A stretch of 64,000 bases of DNA from a phage. The stretch is taken from sequence record PZ583738.1, one strand, 5' to 3'. Position numbers and translations under genes: made by a program. Below are positions 52,303 to 61,637 of this stretch, in pieces (the stretch's first letter is position 1; each line of letters opens with the position of its first letter). The notes beneath the pieces are model-generated. The model was not told the origin of the DNA. It saw nothing but the letters and a program-made list of their open reading frames with translations, and searched no databases.

Positions 52303-52989
52303 ATGAACGGTCCGAAAACTTTTAATTCTAAAGCTCGTGCAGTAGGCGGATTTGCAGGTCATATTTCTAATGATGATATTAAAAACGAGCCTATGTTCTT
52401 TAACTGTGATTTGAATTTTGCTGCACAAAATGGCGGTCCTATTACTCGTAGCTTTATTACTAATCTCCCTGATGAGTGGAAAGCCGTTGAATGTGTATTC
52501 GATTCTCGGGTTCATATGTTGATGCCTGGTTGGTATCCTGCTATCCCAGGTTATCACCATGATGATGTGCCACGCCCGGATATTCCGGTTGGTCAACACT
52601 TTATTACTGCAGGGCAACCTGATTATGATAATCCTCGTTACCATTCTGAACATATTCTTGGTCTTGTTAACGCTGATGTGTGTCCTACTTATTTTGCAAC
52701 CGGAACTGCGCAATTTAGTCAGATTCCTGAAGGCGAACTTATCTATCGCCAGTGGCATAAAGAAGTTCTGGAAAAAATTGAGTCCAATGAATTAACCAAG
52801 TGGGATGCTCCTGACCGCACGTTGCTCCAGTTTGATTGGCAGACATGGCATACAGGTTCTCGCGCAGTAAGTAATGGTTGGCGCTGGTTTGGTCGTGTGT
52901 CTCGTAATACCGACCGTGTTAAAAAGATTACAAATGAAATCCGTGTTAATGCTCAAGTATATCTGGAATTCCCTATGGAGGGATGGTAA
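52303..52989 (+). CDS. hypothetical protein
   Basis: 228 aa; His/Asp-rich patch PGWYPAIPGYHHDDVPRPD; early promoter-like cassette and leader upstream. Confidence 0.5.
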   Translation: MNGPKTFNSKARAVGGFAGHISNDDIKNEPMFFNCDLNFAAQNGGPITRSFITNLPDEWKAVECVFDSRVHMLMPGWYPAIPGYHHDDVPRPDIPVGQHFITAGQPDYDNPRYHSEHILGLVNADVCPTYFATGTAQFSQIPEGELIYRQWHKEVLEKIESNELTKWDAPDRTLLQFDWQTWHTGSRAVSNGWRWFGRVSRNTDRVKKITNEIRVNAQVYLEFPMEGW

Positions 52990-53573
52990 TGCTGTATGAA
53001 CCCGGTTGTATGGGTGTTGATGTAAACTTCATCCGCCGGGCAGAAAATGCAGGTATAATTGTATCAAGAGACGAATTTATGATTACCAAAAAATATTGGG
53101 CGAACCTTGATGATGGTGATGAAGGAATCAAGGTGGAAAATGTTGATTGGTCGCGATGCAATCGTCATGTGAAAGAGCTTTTAATTAAGGAATATAAAAT
53201 GGGATACATCATTAATGGGCATCAACCAGAACCACTCAAAGAACAGACACCCGACCCATTAATTTCTTATAGCAAGAAATATGGATTTCGTACCTGGAGT
53301 GATGAATTTGATAAATTAATTTGTTCCAGGTTTTATGCCTGGGCTGGAATCTTATTTTTACCATTCCTGTGGTTTTTCCTGACAGGTAAAAATGAAGCAC
53401 CTGTAGCTGTAATGGGCGCGTGCTTTTCTACTGCTCTTGCTGGACTTATTGCATCATTTTTATGGACTATGGTTATTGAAGTACCTTTTCGTATTTCTAA
53501 AGTTAAAAAGGTGTACGACGATATCACTAAGAAAAATACATTGAACTCTTTTATTGAGGAATGCCGTAAATGA
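52983..53573 (+). CDS. hypothetical membrane protein
   Basis: 196 aa; C-terminal TM helices; ends ...NSFIEECRK (junction cassette). Confidence 0.5.
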   Translation: MVMLYEPGCMGVDVNFIRRAENAGIIVSRDEFMITKKYWANLDDGDEGIKVENVDWSRCNRHVKELLIKEYKMGYIINGHQPEPLKEQTPDPLISYSKKYGFRTWSDEFDKLICSRFYAWAGILFLPFLWFFLTGKNEAPVAVMGACFSTALAGLIASFLWTMVIEVPFRISKVKKVYDDITKKNTLNSFIEECRK

Positions 53574-53806
53574 GTATTGCGATTTATATTAAATCTGAGT
53601 CATGTGATTCTTATCTGTATTCCTATGATACAGGCACATCAGAAGAGAAAATCAAAGAAGATTTAGAAAGTGATTTGGATATGTTCCGACCGATTTCTGA
53701 ATACAGAATTCAAACTTCTGATAGTGAAAGCCCTTCATTGGAAAATAGACTTGAATTTTTAATGAGTGATATTTTTAACCAATCATGGAAACGTGACGAT
53801 GAGTAA
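53570..53806 (+). CDS. hypothetical small acidic protein
   Basis: 78 aa; ATGA-coupled start. Confidence 0.45.
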   Translation: MSIAIYIKSESCDSYLYSYDTGTSEEKIKEDLESDLDMFRPISEYRIQTSDSESPSLENRLEFLMSDIFNQSWKRDDE

Positions 53807-54257
53807 GAAAAACAAGGTGAAAGAATTATCGGCTGGCATTATTTTCATGACTGAAGATAAAGAGTTATTCATGGGTCGTGTGACCGGTTCTCGTAAACCA
53901 GGTATGCCAGCACACAAATGGGACATCCCTAAGGGTCATGTGGAAGCTGGTGAATCCCCAATTGAAGCGGCTATTCGTGAAACCGAAGAAGAAACTGGGT
54001 TTACCCAATACGACCCGGCATTCTTAAAAGACCTCGGTGAGTTCCGTTATTCAGATAACAAAAACCTTCACCTGTTTTTGTATACGGTTCCTGTCGAGCA
54101 TGAGCAATTCAGACACAGTAAATGCTCTGCCTATCATACCTTCCCGGATGGCAGTTCGGTCCCAGAGTTTGATGCATTTGCTCTGATTAAACCGAGCCAA
54201 TGGCAGTACGTGATGGGCAAATCGATGTACAAGGTAATGACTCAAATTTTCGGATAA
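53799..54257 (+). CDS. nudE: Nudix hydrolase
   Basis: Start at ATG MSKKNK; Nudix box GHVEAGESPIEAAIRETEEETG; position next to lysozyme e as in T4. Confidence 0.85.
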   Translation: MSKKNKVKELSAGIIFMTEDKELFMGRVTGSRKPGMPAHKWDIPKGHVEAGESPIEAAIRETEEETGFTQYDPAFLKDLGEFRYSDNKNLHLFLYTVPVEHEQFRHSKCSAYHTFPDGSSVPEFDAFALIKPSQWQYVMGKSMYKVMTQIFG

Positions 54258-54283
54258 TAAATACTCCTATATAAGGGGGTATT

Positions 54284-54778
54284 ATGAATATATTCGAAAT
54301 GTTACGCATAGATGAAGGTTGTAAGTTGGATTTGTATAAAGATACTGAAGGCTATTGGACCATTGGTATCGGGCAACTGATAACTAAGAACCCATCAAAA
54401 GATGTTGCTCGTGCTGAGCTCGACAAGCTCATGGGTCGCGTCTGCAATGGTCGCATAACCCAACACGAAGCTGAAACATTGTTTAATCGTTCGGTCGAAA
54501 AAGCTAAAGCTGGAATCTTGAGACATCCTGTCTTAAAACCTGTTTATGATGTACTGGATGAAGTTCGTCGCTGTGCACTCATTAATATGGTATTCCAGAT
54601 GGGTGTTGCTGGGGTAGCTGGTTTTCCTAAGGGTATGCGACTTCTGAAGGCTAAATCATGGGAAGCTGCTGCTAAGGAACTAGCTGACTCAAGATGGTAT
54701 AAAGTCCAGACTCCGAATAGGGCAAAACGAGTTATCGAAACTTTCCGTACTGGAACTTTTGACGCATACAAAAGGTAA
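54284..54778 (+). CDS. e: endolysin (T4 lysozyme family)
   Basis: 164 aa; [12 protein letters not shown]...[13 protein letters not shown]...[12 protein letters not shown]...TPNRAKRVI matches recalled T4 lysozyme including catalytic E11/D20 context. Confidence 0.95.
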   Translation: MNIFEMLRIDEGCKLDLYKDTEGYWTIGIGQLITKNPSKDVARAELDKLMGRVCNGRITQHEAETLFNRSVEKAKAGILRHPVLKPVYDVLDEVRRCALINMVFQMGVAGVAGFPKGMRLLKAKSWEAAAKELADSRWYKVQTPNRAKRVIETFRTGTFDAYKR

Positions 54779-54781
54779 AAT

Positions 54782-55051
54782 ATGAAAACGTATCAAGAAT
54801 TTTTGGCTGAATCTGTATTAAATGAATCAGATGAAAGCCGCATGGCATTTTTAGCTAAGAAAGAAGGCTTTGAGTTTACTTCTATTAAAAAAGTTAATGG
54901 AACTTCATTTAAAGTTGGTGATTGGACCTTTGGTAACAAAGGAAGTGGCCAGTGGCAAATTGTAGATAAATCTGGTAAAGAAGTGGATTATTTGTTTAAT
55001 CAGAAATTGGGTGATATCGCTAAACTTATGGGTCAATACTCTAAGAAATGA
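54782..55051 (+). CDS. internal protein with capsid-targeting leader (MKTYQEFLAES)
   Basis: 89 aa; CTS N-terminus; position between e and denV like T4 ipIII/ipII. Confidence 0.7.
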   Translation: MKTYQEFLAESVLNESDESRMAFLAKKEGFEFTSIKKVNGTSFKVGDWTFGNKGSGQWQIVDKSGKEVDYLFNQKLGDIAKLMGQYSKK

Positions 55052-55100
55052 TGTACATCTCCAAATGATAGGGTTATAATGACCCTATCAACTACGGAGA
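55051..55100 (+). promoter_or_regulatory. early promoter / stem-loop cassette upstream of denV (variant inverted repeat tagggt...accctat)
   Basis: ATGTAC, 18 bp spacer, TATAAT, leader atcaactacggag. Confidence 0.45.
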
Positions 55101-55106
55101 ACAAAC

Positions 55107-55523
55107 ATGACACGTATTAACTTAACCCTGGTATCTGAACTTGCTGACCAACACCTTATGGCTGAATATCGTGAGCTTCCTCGCGTGTTTGGTGCGGTTC
55201 GCAAACATGTACAAAATGGTAAAAAGGTTTCTGACTTTAAAATCCCATCATCTTTTCTTTTAGGGACTGGTCATGTCACCTTCTTTTATGATAAACTTTT
55301 GTTCCTTAAAAACCGCCATCAAGAACTTATTGCGGAATGTTTAAAGCGAGGGTTTAACATAAAAGATATTTCTACCCAAGATTTAAATGATATTCCTGAT
55401 GAATGGAAGAATGATTATCAACCATCAATCTGGTCAATTGAAATCAGTCAAGCCAGACTGAATGAGAAAATTTCTCAAAAGCCTACCTGGTACAAATACT
55501 ATGGGAAAGCAGTGTACGCTTAA
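55107..55523 (+). CDS. denV: endonuclease V (pyrimidine dimer DNA glycosylase)
   Basis: 138 aa; [34 protein letters not shown]... near-identical to recalled T4 EndoV. Confidence 0.95.
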   Translation: MTRINLTLVSELADQHLMAEYRELPRVFGAVRKHVQNGKKVSDFKIPSSFLLGTGHVTFFYDKLLFLKNRHQELIAECLKRGFNIKDISTQDLNDIPDEWKNDYQPSIWSIEISQARLNEKISQKPTWYKYYGKAVYA

Positions 55524-55571
55524 CTAAAAAGGTTGTATACTGATTTTATCAACCAAACAATAGAATATAAA

Positions 55572-55871
55572 ATGTTAACTTATAAAGAATTTATCACAGA
55601 AGCTAAAGCTCCTAAAGCATTTCAAATCGGAGTCCAAGGTAATTTAGACCAACAATATGTTGATGCTATTGTAGCAAGCCTCGGTAAACAGGGCGTGCAA
55701 GTGGATTCGGTTGATTTTACTAAAGGCAATACTTTTAATATTGTTACATCTAAAGGTTCTTTAGCTAAAGTTAAAAAGGCCTTTGGCGTAGCACAAGCAT
55801 ATGAAATTGACCATTCTGAATTAGAAAATAAAGGTCGCCAGAACACAATTAAAGGTTCTGGTTCTTTCTAA
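55572..55871 (+). CDS. internal-protein-like protein with CTS-like leader (MLTYKEFITEA)
   Basis: Start at internal ATG of track ORF; CTS-like N-terminus. Confidence 0.6.
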   Translation: MLTYKEFITEAKAPKAFQIGVQGNLDQQYVDAIVASLGKQGVQVDSVDFTKGNTFNIVTSKGSLAKVKKAFGVAQAYEIDHSELENKGRQNTIKGSGSF

Positions 55872-56034
55872 TAAAGGCAAGCCGACCCTCTCCTCATGAA
55901 CGTCGCGTCCTCTGAGTGATGGACCTTTCCCTACCTGTAATAAGGTCGAGCCCAAGTGCGGTAAAGGGTTTACATACGGATACATGGGCGAATTATGTGC
56001 CAAGGAATGGCCCCACCACTTAAAAGAGACAATT

Positions 56035-56580
56035 ATGAAAACGTTTTTAACCGGTAGTTATCTATCCCTGATGAATGCTTTTGCAAACCATTCTGATGCT
56101 AGAGTAGAACACATTTGTAATAGTGGGTTTTATGTACCCGATTCACAAACCTTGTTTAAAGAATGCTGCACCTTAAAACTTGATGGTGGGCGCCAATCTG
56201 GTAAAACTAAAGCAGTATCCATTTTTGCTACGGAATGGTTAGCTGATGGCGGCTCTATTGTTATTTTGTCTAATAACACGGCATATGCTAATGTTTCGGC
56301 TACTGCAATCCGAAAGGAATATTTTAATAACCATACAGAAAGTATTAAGCACCGTTTGTACACTGATTCTGTTCGTAGTTTTATTGGTAACACTGCATGC
56401 AAATTCCGTGGATTATCACTTTCACGGGTTCTGTATATAATTGATGAGCCTGTTAAAACACCTGATATGGATAAGATTTATGATGCCCACATAAAGGTTG
56501 TGCATTATTGCTGTCGTGCATCATGTGAAGAAACCAATCAAACCACACGTCCTCTGTTCTTTGTGATAGGAATGCAATGA
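56035..56580 (+). CDS. P-loop NTPase (Walker A GGRQSGKT, Walker B LYIIDE)
   Basis: Start at ATG MKTFLTGS; Walker motifs visible; Cys-rich C-terminus (HYCCRASCEE). Confidence 0.55.
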   Translation: MKTFLTGSYLSLMNAFANHSDARVEHICNSGFYVPDSQTLFKECCTLKLDGGRQSGKTKAVSIFATEWLADGGSIVILSNNTAYANVSATAIRKEYFNNHTESIKHRLYTDSVRSFIGNTACKFRGLSLSRVLYIIDEPVKTPDMDKIYDAHIKVVHYCCRASCEETNQTTRPLFFVIGMQ

Positions 56581-56876
56581 TGACCCATGAAGAGCTTTTT
56601 GACCAAATCTATTTTATTCCAAAGGTTAGGTCAGAAGATTTCGTAAAGAATTTTGAAATCTTTAATAAAGCAAATTTCTTTGAGTATGTGTTTTTGTCTG
56701 GGCCTTTTATTGGGTCCAGATTTCGTTGCACTGCTCCGAGTATTCGCTTGATGAAGTTGGTTCCTTACTTTACTCTGGAATTTATTTCTGGACCGTGTAA
56801 GGGTATTATCACTCGTAGCCTCCTGACCTATGACCAGGATGTGCGATTAATTAGTGACTGGAAAAAATATGTCTAA
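56577..56876 (+). CDS. hypothetical protein
   Basis: 99 aa, ATGA-coupled. Confidence 0.45.
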   Translation: MMTHEELFDQIYFIPKVRSEDFVKNFEIFNKANFFEYVFLSGPFIGSRFRCTAPSIRLMKLVPYFTLEFISGPCKGIITRSLLTYDQDVRLISDWKKYV

Positions 56877-57083
56877 ATTGACAATTGAAGGCTCTGATGA
56901 AGCTCTGAAAAGATTTGTTGAATGGTTTAATGGGCCAGGTGAACAAGACTTTCTGGAAGTTTGGGATGGTGGGCAATGGAACGGTAAAGAAATTGTTTAT
57001 CCGACTACCTATATCTCCGTACAAGGTTGTCCTGATGGCCTTCGTTTGGTAGAATATGATATCGCAACTGGCGAGGAAGTGAA

Positions 57084-57087
<4 letters not shown>
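56869..57087 (+). CDS. hypothetical protein
   Basis: Start at ATG MSKLTIEG overlapping previous stop. Confidence 0.45.
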
Positions 57088-57666
<579 letters not shown>

Positions 57667-57667
<1 letters not shown>

Positions 57668-57712
57668 TGTACAAGCAGGTTGAAATGAGTTATGATTATC
57701 CCATCAAACAAA
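57667..57712 (+). promoter_or_regulatory. early promoter / stem-loop cassette upstream of regB
   Basis: GTGTAC, 18 bp spacer, TATGAT, leader ttatcccatcaaacaaaaggag. Confidence 0.45.
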
Positions 57713-57723
57713 AGGAGATAATC

Positions 57724-58182
57724 ATGACTACTATCGATTCAAGTGTTTACATTCGCCGCAATAAACTTCGTCGCATTTTTGAAACGGAGTTCCTCAAAAT
57801 TAATAATGCTATCAACAAGGCTTGTAAAGAAGCAGGCCTTGAGGCATTCTTCATTAAGTACAGTCCACACCTGTTGGACCGTGCAATCCAACGTGAAATT
57901 GATGAACAATATGTTTTTGACTTGTTTGGAAAAATCACACCACATGTAAAAGAAATCGTTGAATTCCTGGAGATGAAACCACTCCCGGAAGTTGAAGCAC
58001 AAATTGACCCGAATGTGAACTACCGTCCACTTCGTCTGGAAATCACAGACAAGAACCTATGGTTAGGAATGACAGTTAACCCAGCTCTTCCTGGGAAGTC
58101 TCCGACCATGTGTTGTCGTATGGCGTTTGTTAACTCTAATCGTCTGGAAGGAAAAATTAGCACAAAAGTGATTTATATCTAA
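57724..58182 (+). CDS. regB: RegB endoribonuclease
   Basis: Start at MTTIDSSV; ...IRRNKLRRIFETEF...KYSPHLLDRAIQREIDEQYVF...LRLEITDKNLWLG...CRMA matches recalled T4 RegB. Confidence 0.88.
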   Translation: MTTIDSSVYIRRNKLRRIFETEFLKINNAINKACKEAGLEAFFIKYSPHLLDRAIQREIDEQYVFDLFGKITPHVKEIVEFLEMKPLPEVEAQIDPNVNYRPLRLEITDKNLWLGMTVNPALPGKSPTMCCRMAFVNSNRLEGKISTKVIYI

Positions 58183-58192
58183 TGAGGAATTC

Positions 58193-58735
58193 ATGAAAAA
58201 AGTAATCGCCACCTTACTATTGACAGTTAGTATGTCTGCCCATAGCGTAGAGCCTACTTTCAGTAATGAACAAATGGGGAACCTCCAATATGCTTATGCG
58301 TTTGGAGAACAGTTCCAGAAAAATGGTAAGTACAAAGAAAATCCGCACCAACATAATGGTTTGGGATATATCATGGCTGGTTTAGCCTGGCAGGAAAGTT
58401 CTGCTGGGATTAATACTGGATTAAATAAAGATAAGCATCATGCATATGGTATATTCCAAAATTATCTTCCAACCGTGCGCGAACGCGTGAAACAGGTTGG
58501 GTGGACAATGACAGATAAAGAAATAATCAAGATGATAAGCAAGAGAGAGAACAGCGCACGCTGGGCTTATATTGAGCTTTCATACTGGTTGAATATTCAT
58601 AAGGGGGATATAAGGAAAACACTATCATCATATAACGCAGGGTGGAATGTGAAAGCTGGTAATACGTATGCTTCACAGGTCCTAGAAAAAGCTAACTACT
58701 TAAAATCACGAGGCCTATTAAAAACGGTGGATTAA
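58193..58735 (+). CDS. secreted lytic-transglycosylase-like protein (SLT-type E-S...G-x-x-Q motif)
   Basis: 180 aa; signal peptide MKKVIATLLLTVSMSAHS; AWQESSAG and HAYGIFQ resemble SLT catalytic region. Confidence 0.55.
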   Translation: MKKVIATLLLTVSMSAHSVEPTFSNEQMGNLQYAYAFGEQFQKNGKYKENPHQHNGLGYIMAGLAWQESSAGINTGLNKDKHHAYGIFQNYLPTVRERVKQVGWTMTDKEIIKMISKRENSARWAYIELSYWLNIHKGDIRKTLSSYNAGWNVKAGNTYASQVLEKANYLKSRGLLKTVD

Positions 58736-58737
58736 AA

Positions 58738-59097
58738 ATGGTAAGAGTTATCACTTTAGCCATAGGGTTAGTATTCAGCATGGGAGGAATAGCTTCAGTA
58801 CAGAGCGATGACAACAACAGCATCATAGAATATGCAACGAGGACGGCTAAAGATTATTGCGCAGCAAGCAATGTGGATTGTGTAATCCAGTTCAGTGCCA
58901 AGCTCACCGCAGCCTATAAAGATGGCCAAAATGATGTTGAACATACGCTTTTGAAAAAGAATGTATTATCCAACAAATATGAAAAGAAATTATTTGAAAT
59001 GGATTGCATTCTATCAAGTGCAAAATATAAGGCGGCCTGCACCAGTATGGTTGACAGGTTAGTGGATTCATATAATAGAGGATTGAACTCTAAATGA
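58738..59097 (+). CDS. hypothetical secreted/periplasmic protein
   Basis: 119 aa; N-terminal signal peptide MVRVITLAIGLVFSMGGIASVQS; four Cys. Confidence 0.5.
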   Translation: MVRVITLAIGLVFSMGGIASVQSDDNNSIIEYATRTAKDYCAASNVDCVIQFSAKLTAAYKDGQNDVEHTLLKKNVLSNKYEKKLFEMDCILSSAKYKAACTSMVDRLVDSYNRGLNSK

Positions 59098-59567
59098 TTA
59101 CCCAGTATATTAAGGGCGATATCGTCGCCCTCTTTCTTAGTGGTAAAAACATTGCACATGGTTGCAATTGCTTCCATACAATGGGTTCAGGCGTAGCTGG
59201 TCAGTTGGCGAAGGCTTATCCAAGGATTTTAGAAATAGACAAAACCTCAACCGACTATGGTTACAGAGGAAAACTCGGTGATATGTCTATTGTTTTCAAA
59301 TATTCCCGAGGTCCGTCAACTTGCTTTAATCTTTACACCCAATATGAACCAGGACCAAATCTTGATTATCATGCTTTAGTAAATTGTATGGTAGAATTAA
59401 ATCGAGTCCTGAGTGAAGGAACACTATTCCGACCAGTGGTTTATATCCCACGGATTGGATGTGGTATTGCAGGTGGAGATTGGGAAAAGGTCTCTATGTT
59501 AATTGATATTTTTACCCCTGACATTGATTTGATAGTGGTGGATTATGAGCCAAGCCCGAATTCTTAA
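59094..59567 (+). CDS. macro-domain protein (putative ADP-ribose binding/hydrolase)
   Basis: 157 aa; GCNCFHTMGSGVAGQL and PRIGCGIAGGDWEKV match the two glycine-rich macro-domain signature blocks. Confidence 0.65.
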   Translation: MITQYIKGDIVALFLSGKNIAHGCNCFHTMGSGVAGQLAKAYPRILEIDKTSTDYGYRGKLGDMSIVFKYSRGPSTCFNLYTQYEPGPNLDYHALVNCMVELNRVLSEGTLFRPVVYIPRIGCGIAGGDWEKVSMLIDIFTPDIDLIVVDYEPSPNS

Positions 59568-59751
59568 AACGGCCAAATGTGAAAAATGTGAATGGCCAGT
59601 AATCGCAGCTTTGTGCAACGATGAAATGGAATGTGAATTTGATTACTGGTGGTACTGTTCTAATAAAGGATGTTCTAATCATAAGGGTGAAGGTTTTCAT
59701 TCTGGTTATTGCGAACATCCTAAATTTGTGCGATATGGGGAACCGAAATGA
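59545..59751 (+). CDS. Cys-rich small protein (possible zinc binding)
   Basis: 68 aa with 9 Cys (CEKCEW, CNDEMEC, CSNKGC, YCEHP). Confidence 0.45.
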   Translation: MSQARILKTAKCEKCEWPVIAALCNDEMECEFDYWWYCSNKGCSNHKGEGFHSGYCEHPKFVRYGEPK

Positions 59752-59933
59752 GTTTAAGCATTAGTCAGAAAAGTAGATTATTTGAGCTTATCCATGAGCT
59801 TTTGGATGAGCATACGGAAGCAAATGCTTTTTATGATGAATATGGCCCGATAGATGCCGACCATCAGGAAGAATTTGCCAATCGATTTGATGCGAAAGAA
59901 AACGAATTAATAGCTTATGTGAATACGCTTTAA
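59748..59933 (+). CDS. small acidic helical protein
   Basis: 61 aa; C-terminal ...KENELIAYVNTL similar to ORFs 61841-62035 and 62035-62217. Confidence 0.45.
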   Translation: MSLSISQKSRLFELIHELLDEHTEANAFYDEYGPIDADHQEEFANRFDAKENELIAYVNTL

Positions 59934-59942
59934 GAAGGTGAT

Positions 59943-60515
59943 ATGGCGAGTTTAATTTATCATTACGCAGCAATGAATGCAGGCAAAACAGCTTCATTGC
60001 TGACTGCAGCTTATTCCTATAAAGAGCGTGGAATGAGTGTGCTTTTGCTAAAACCTGTTATTGATAATCGGGACTCGGAAGGCGAAATTAAATCACGCAT
60101 CGGTATTAGCCAGGAAGCAAACCTGGTAACGGCCGACATGAACCTGTTTGAATTCTATAAATGGGCCGAGTCTCAAAAGGATATCCATTGTGTCCTGGTC
60201 GATGAAGCTCAATTTTTGTTACCAGAGCAAATTGACCAGTTAGCTCAAGTGGTTGATAATTACAATATCCCCGTTATGTGTTACGGGCTAAGAACAGATT
60301 TTCGGGGTCAATTATTTCCCGGTTCGGCCAGACTTCTGGCTATTTCGGATAAACTGGTTGAATTAAAGGGCGTCTGTCATTGCGGCCGGAAAGCAACCAT
60401 GACCGCTCGAGTAATCGACGGTGCTGCTGTAAAGGACGGCGAGCAAGTATTGGTCGGTGGGAATGAATCGTACGTATCTTTGTGCAGAAAACATTGGCTC
60501 GAATTAACAAGCTGA
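59943..60515 (+). CDS. tk: thymidine kinase
   Basis: 190 aa; MASLIYHYAAMNAGKTASLL P-loop, VCHCGRKATMTAR zinc ribbon, LCRKHW; matches recalled T4 Tk. Confidence 0.93.
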   Translation: MASLIYHYAAMNAGKTASLLTAAYSYKERGMSVLLLKPVIDNRDSEGEIKSRIGISQEANLVTADMNLFEFYKWAESQKDIHCVLVDEAQFLLPEQIDQLAQVVDNYNIPVMCYGLRTDFRGQLFPGSARLLAISDKLVELKGVCHCGRKATMTARVIDGAAVKDGEQVLVGGNESYVSLCRKHWLELTS

Positions 60516-60522
60516 GGTTCGC

Positions 60523-60798
60523 ATGGTATACAAGGTTTGGACGTATATCTCTATTTTGATATTCCTGGTTTTGGTTTTTGTTCCTATGCAACAGGACCAG
60601 GAAAGGTATGAGCGCGAAGTCGAAATCGTTGCAAGTACCTATCACTCGTTCAACAAAGAGTGCCCGAATAAAAACGGAATAAGCCTGCAACAAGCGTACT
60701 ATTTGTCAACGATTACCAGCCCAAAACAACGGGTCTGGGTCGAACGTAATTTTGCAAGTTTATTTTCAGAGTACTGCTTTAATTTTAAAAGATTATAA
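60523..60798 (+). CDS. small membrane protein (rI.-1 position)
   Basis: 91 aa; N-terminal TM ISILIFLVLVFV. Confidence 0.5.
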   Translation: MVYKVWTYISILIFLVLVFVPMQQDQERYEREVEIVASTYHSFNKECPNKNGISLQQAYYLSTITSPKQRVWVERNFASLFSEYCFNFKRL

Positions 60799-60870
60799 AT
60801 ACAGTTACTAACTAGTATTCCGCTATGTTAAGGCTGCAAAGCGTAATCATGACCAACAATAGGAGTCCTT

Positions 60871-61164
60871 ATGGACCTTATTCGAGGACTTTCATTAAGT
60901 CTAATAATCCTGGGCTGTTTAGGCCCAAATCTGTCCTCTGCAACAGAGGGGAAGTTTACCCAATATGCAGATAGTGCGATGAAGATTTATTCGCAATTCA
61001 AAGAACCAAGCGTGCACCAATCCGAACAGTTCTGGGCGTTTATCAAGACTGAATGGAACAACAAAAGCCAATGCGAAACTGAAATTACCTGCAAAAGCGA
61101 TGGTAAAGCTGCGGCGAGAGAGTACGCTAAATTAATGAAGGTAAAATTGGAAGATGAAATTTGA
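60871..61164 (+). CDS. rI: lysis inhibition regulator RI (antiholin)
   Basis: 97 aa (same as T4 RI); signal-anchor N-terminus; QSEQFWAFIKTEW and C-terminal AAAREYAKLMKVKLEDE resemble recalled T4 RI; adjacent to tk. Confidence 0.75.
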   Translation: MDLIRGLSLSLIILGCLGPNLSSATEGKFTQYADSAMKIYSQFKEPSVHQSEQFWAFIKTEWNNKSQCETEITCKSDGKAAAREYAKLMKVKLEDEI

Positions 61165-61537
61165 TGATTTCGTAACGGGTCGTGGGTCTGAGGTGGATTC
61201 ATATATTGGGTGGTTGTTAGTCTCTTTGGCTTATTTTAAGTCCGCCCATCTTGAAACCAAAAGTTACGCCCGCCATAAAGCTTATGATTTCTACTTCACA
61301 GAAATCCAAGGTCCACTCGACCAGTTCAGTGAGCAATGGTTAGGTTACAGCGGGAAACAATACAAAGCTGCATTACCGTCCGCCTCGGACTTGCCGAAAG
61401 ATACAATTTTGTTTTTAGATGAAATGATTAAAAGCTCGGAAAGAGTCTATAAAGTTGTACCCAAGGCTATTCAATCGACTCTGGACGATATCGTTGGAGT
61501 TTTCTTTCAGACTAAGTATCTGTTAACACTAGAGTAA
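61154..61537 (+). CDS. hypothetical protein (rI.1 position)
   Basis: 127 aa, followed by intrinsic terminator. Confidence 0.5.
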   Translation: MKFDDFVTGRGSEVDSYIGWLLVSLAYFKSAHLETKSYARHKAYDFYFTEIQGPLDQFSEQWLGYSGKQYKAALPSASDLPKDTILFLDEMIKSSERVYKVVPKAIQSTLDDIVGVFFQTKYLLTLE

Positions 61538-61544
61538 TTCAAAA

Positions 61545-61570
61545 GGTCTGCCTTCGGGTGGACCTTTTTT
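61545..61570 (+). terminator. intrinsic terminator after ORF 61154-61537
   Basis: ggtctgccttcgggtggacc hairpin followed by tttttt. Confidence 0.6.
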
Positions 61571-61625
61571 CATTTAGAGGTTTACAACACCATAAAAAGG
61601 GTGTACTATTATCCCATCAACTACT
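61570..61625 (+). promoter_or_regulatory. early promoter / stem-loop cassette
   Basis: GTTTAC ... gtgtactattatcccatcaactactgagg. Confidence 0.4.
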
Positions 61626-61637
61626 GAGGAGAACACA

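Noticed and set aside
55984-56034. N-terminal extension (MGELCAKEWPHHLKETI) of the P-loop ATPase ORF
   Set aside because: No RBS; the region is GC-rich non-coding; the ATG at 56035 has a better context.
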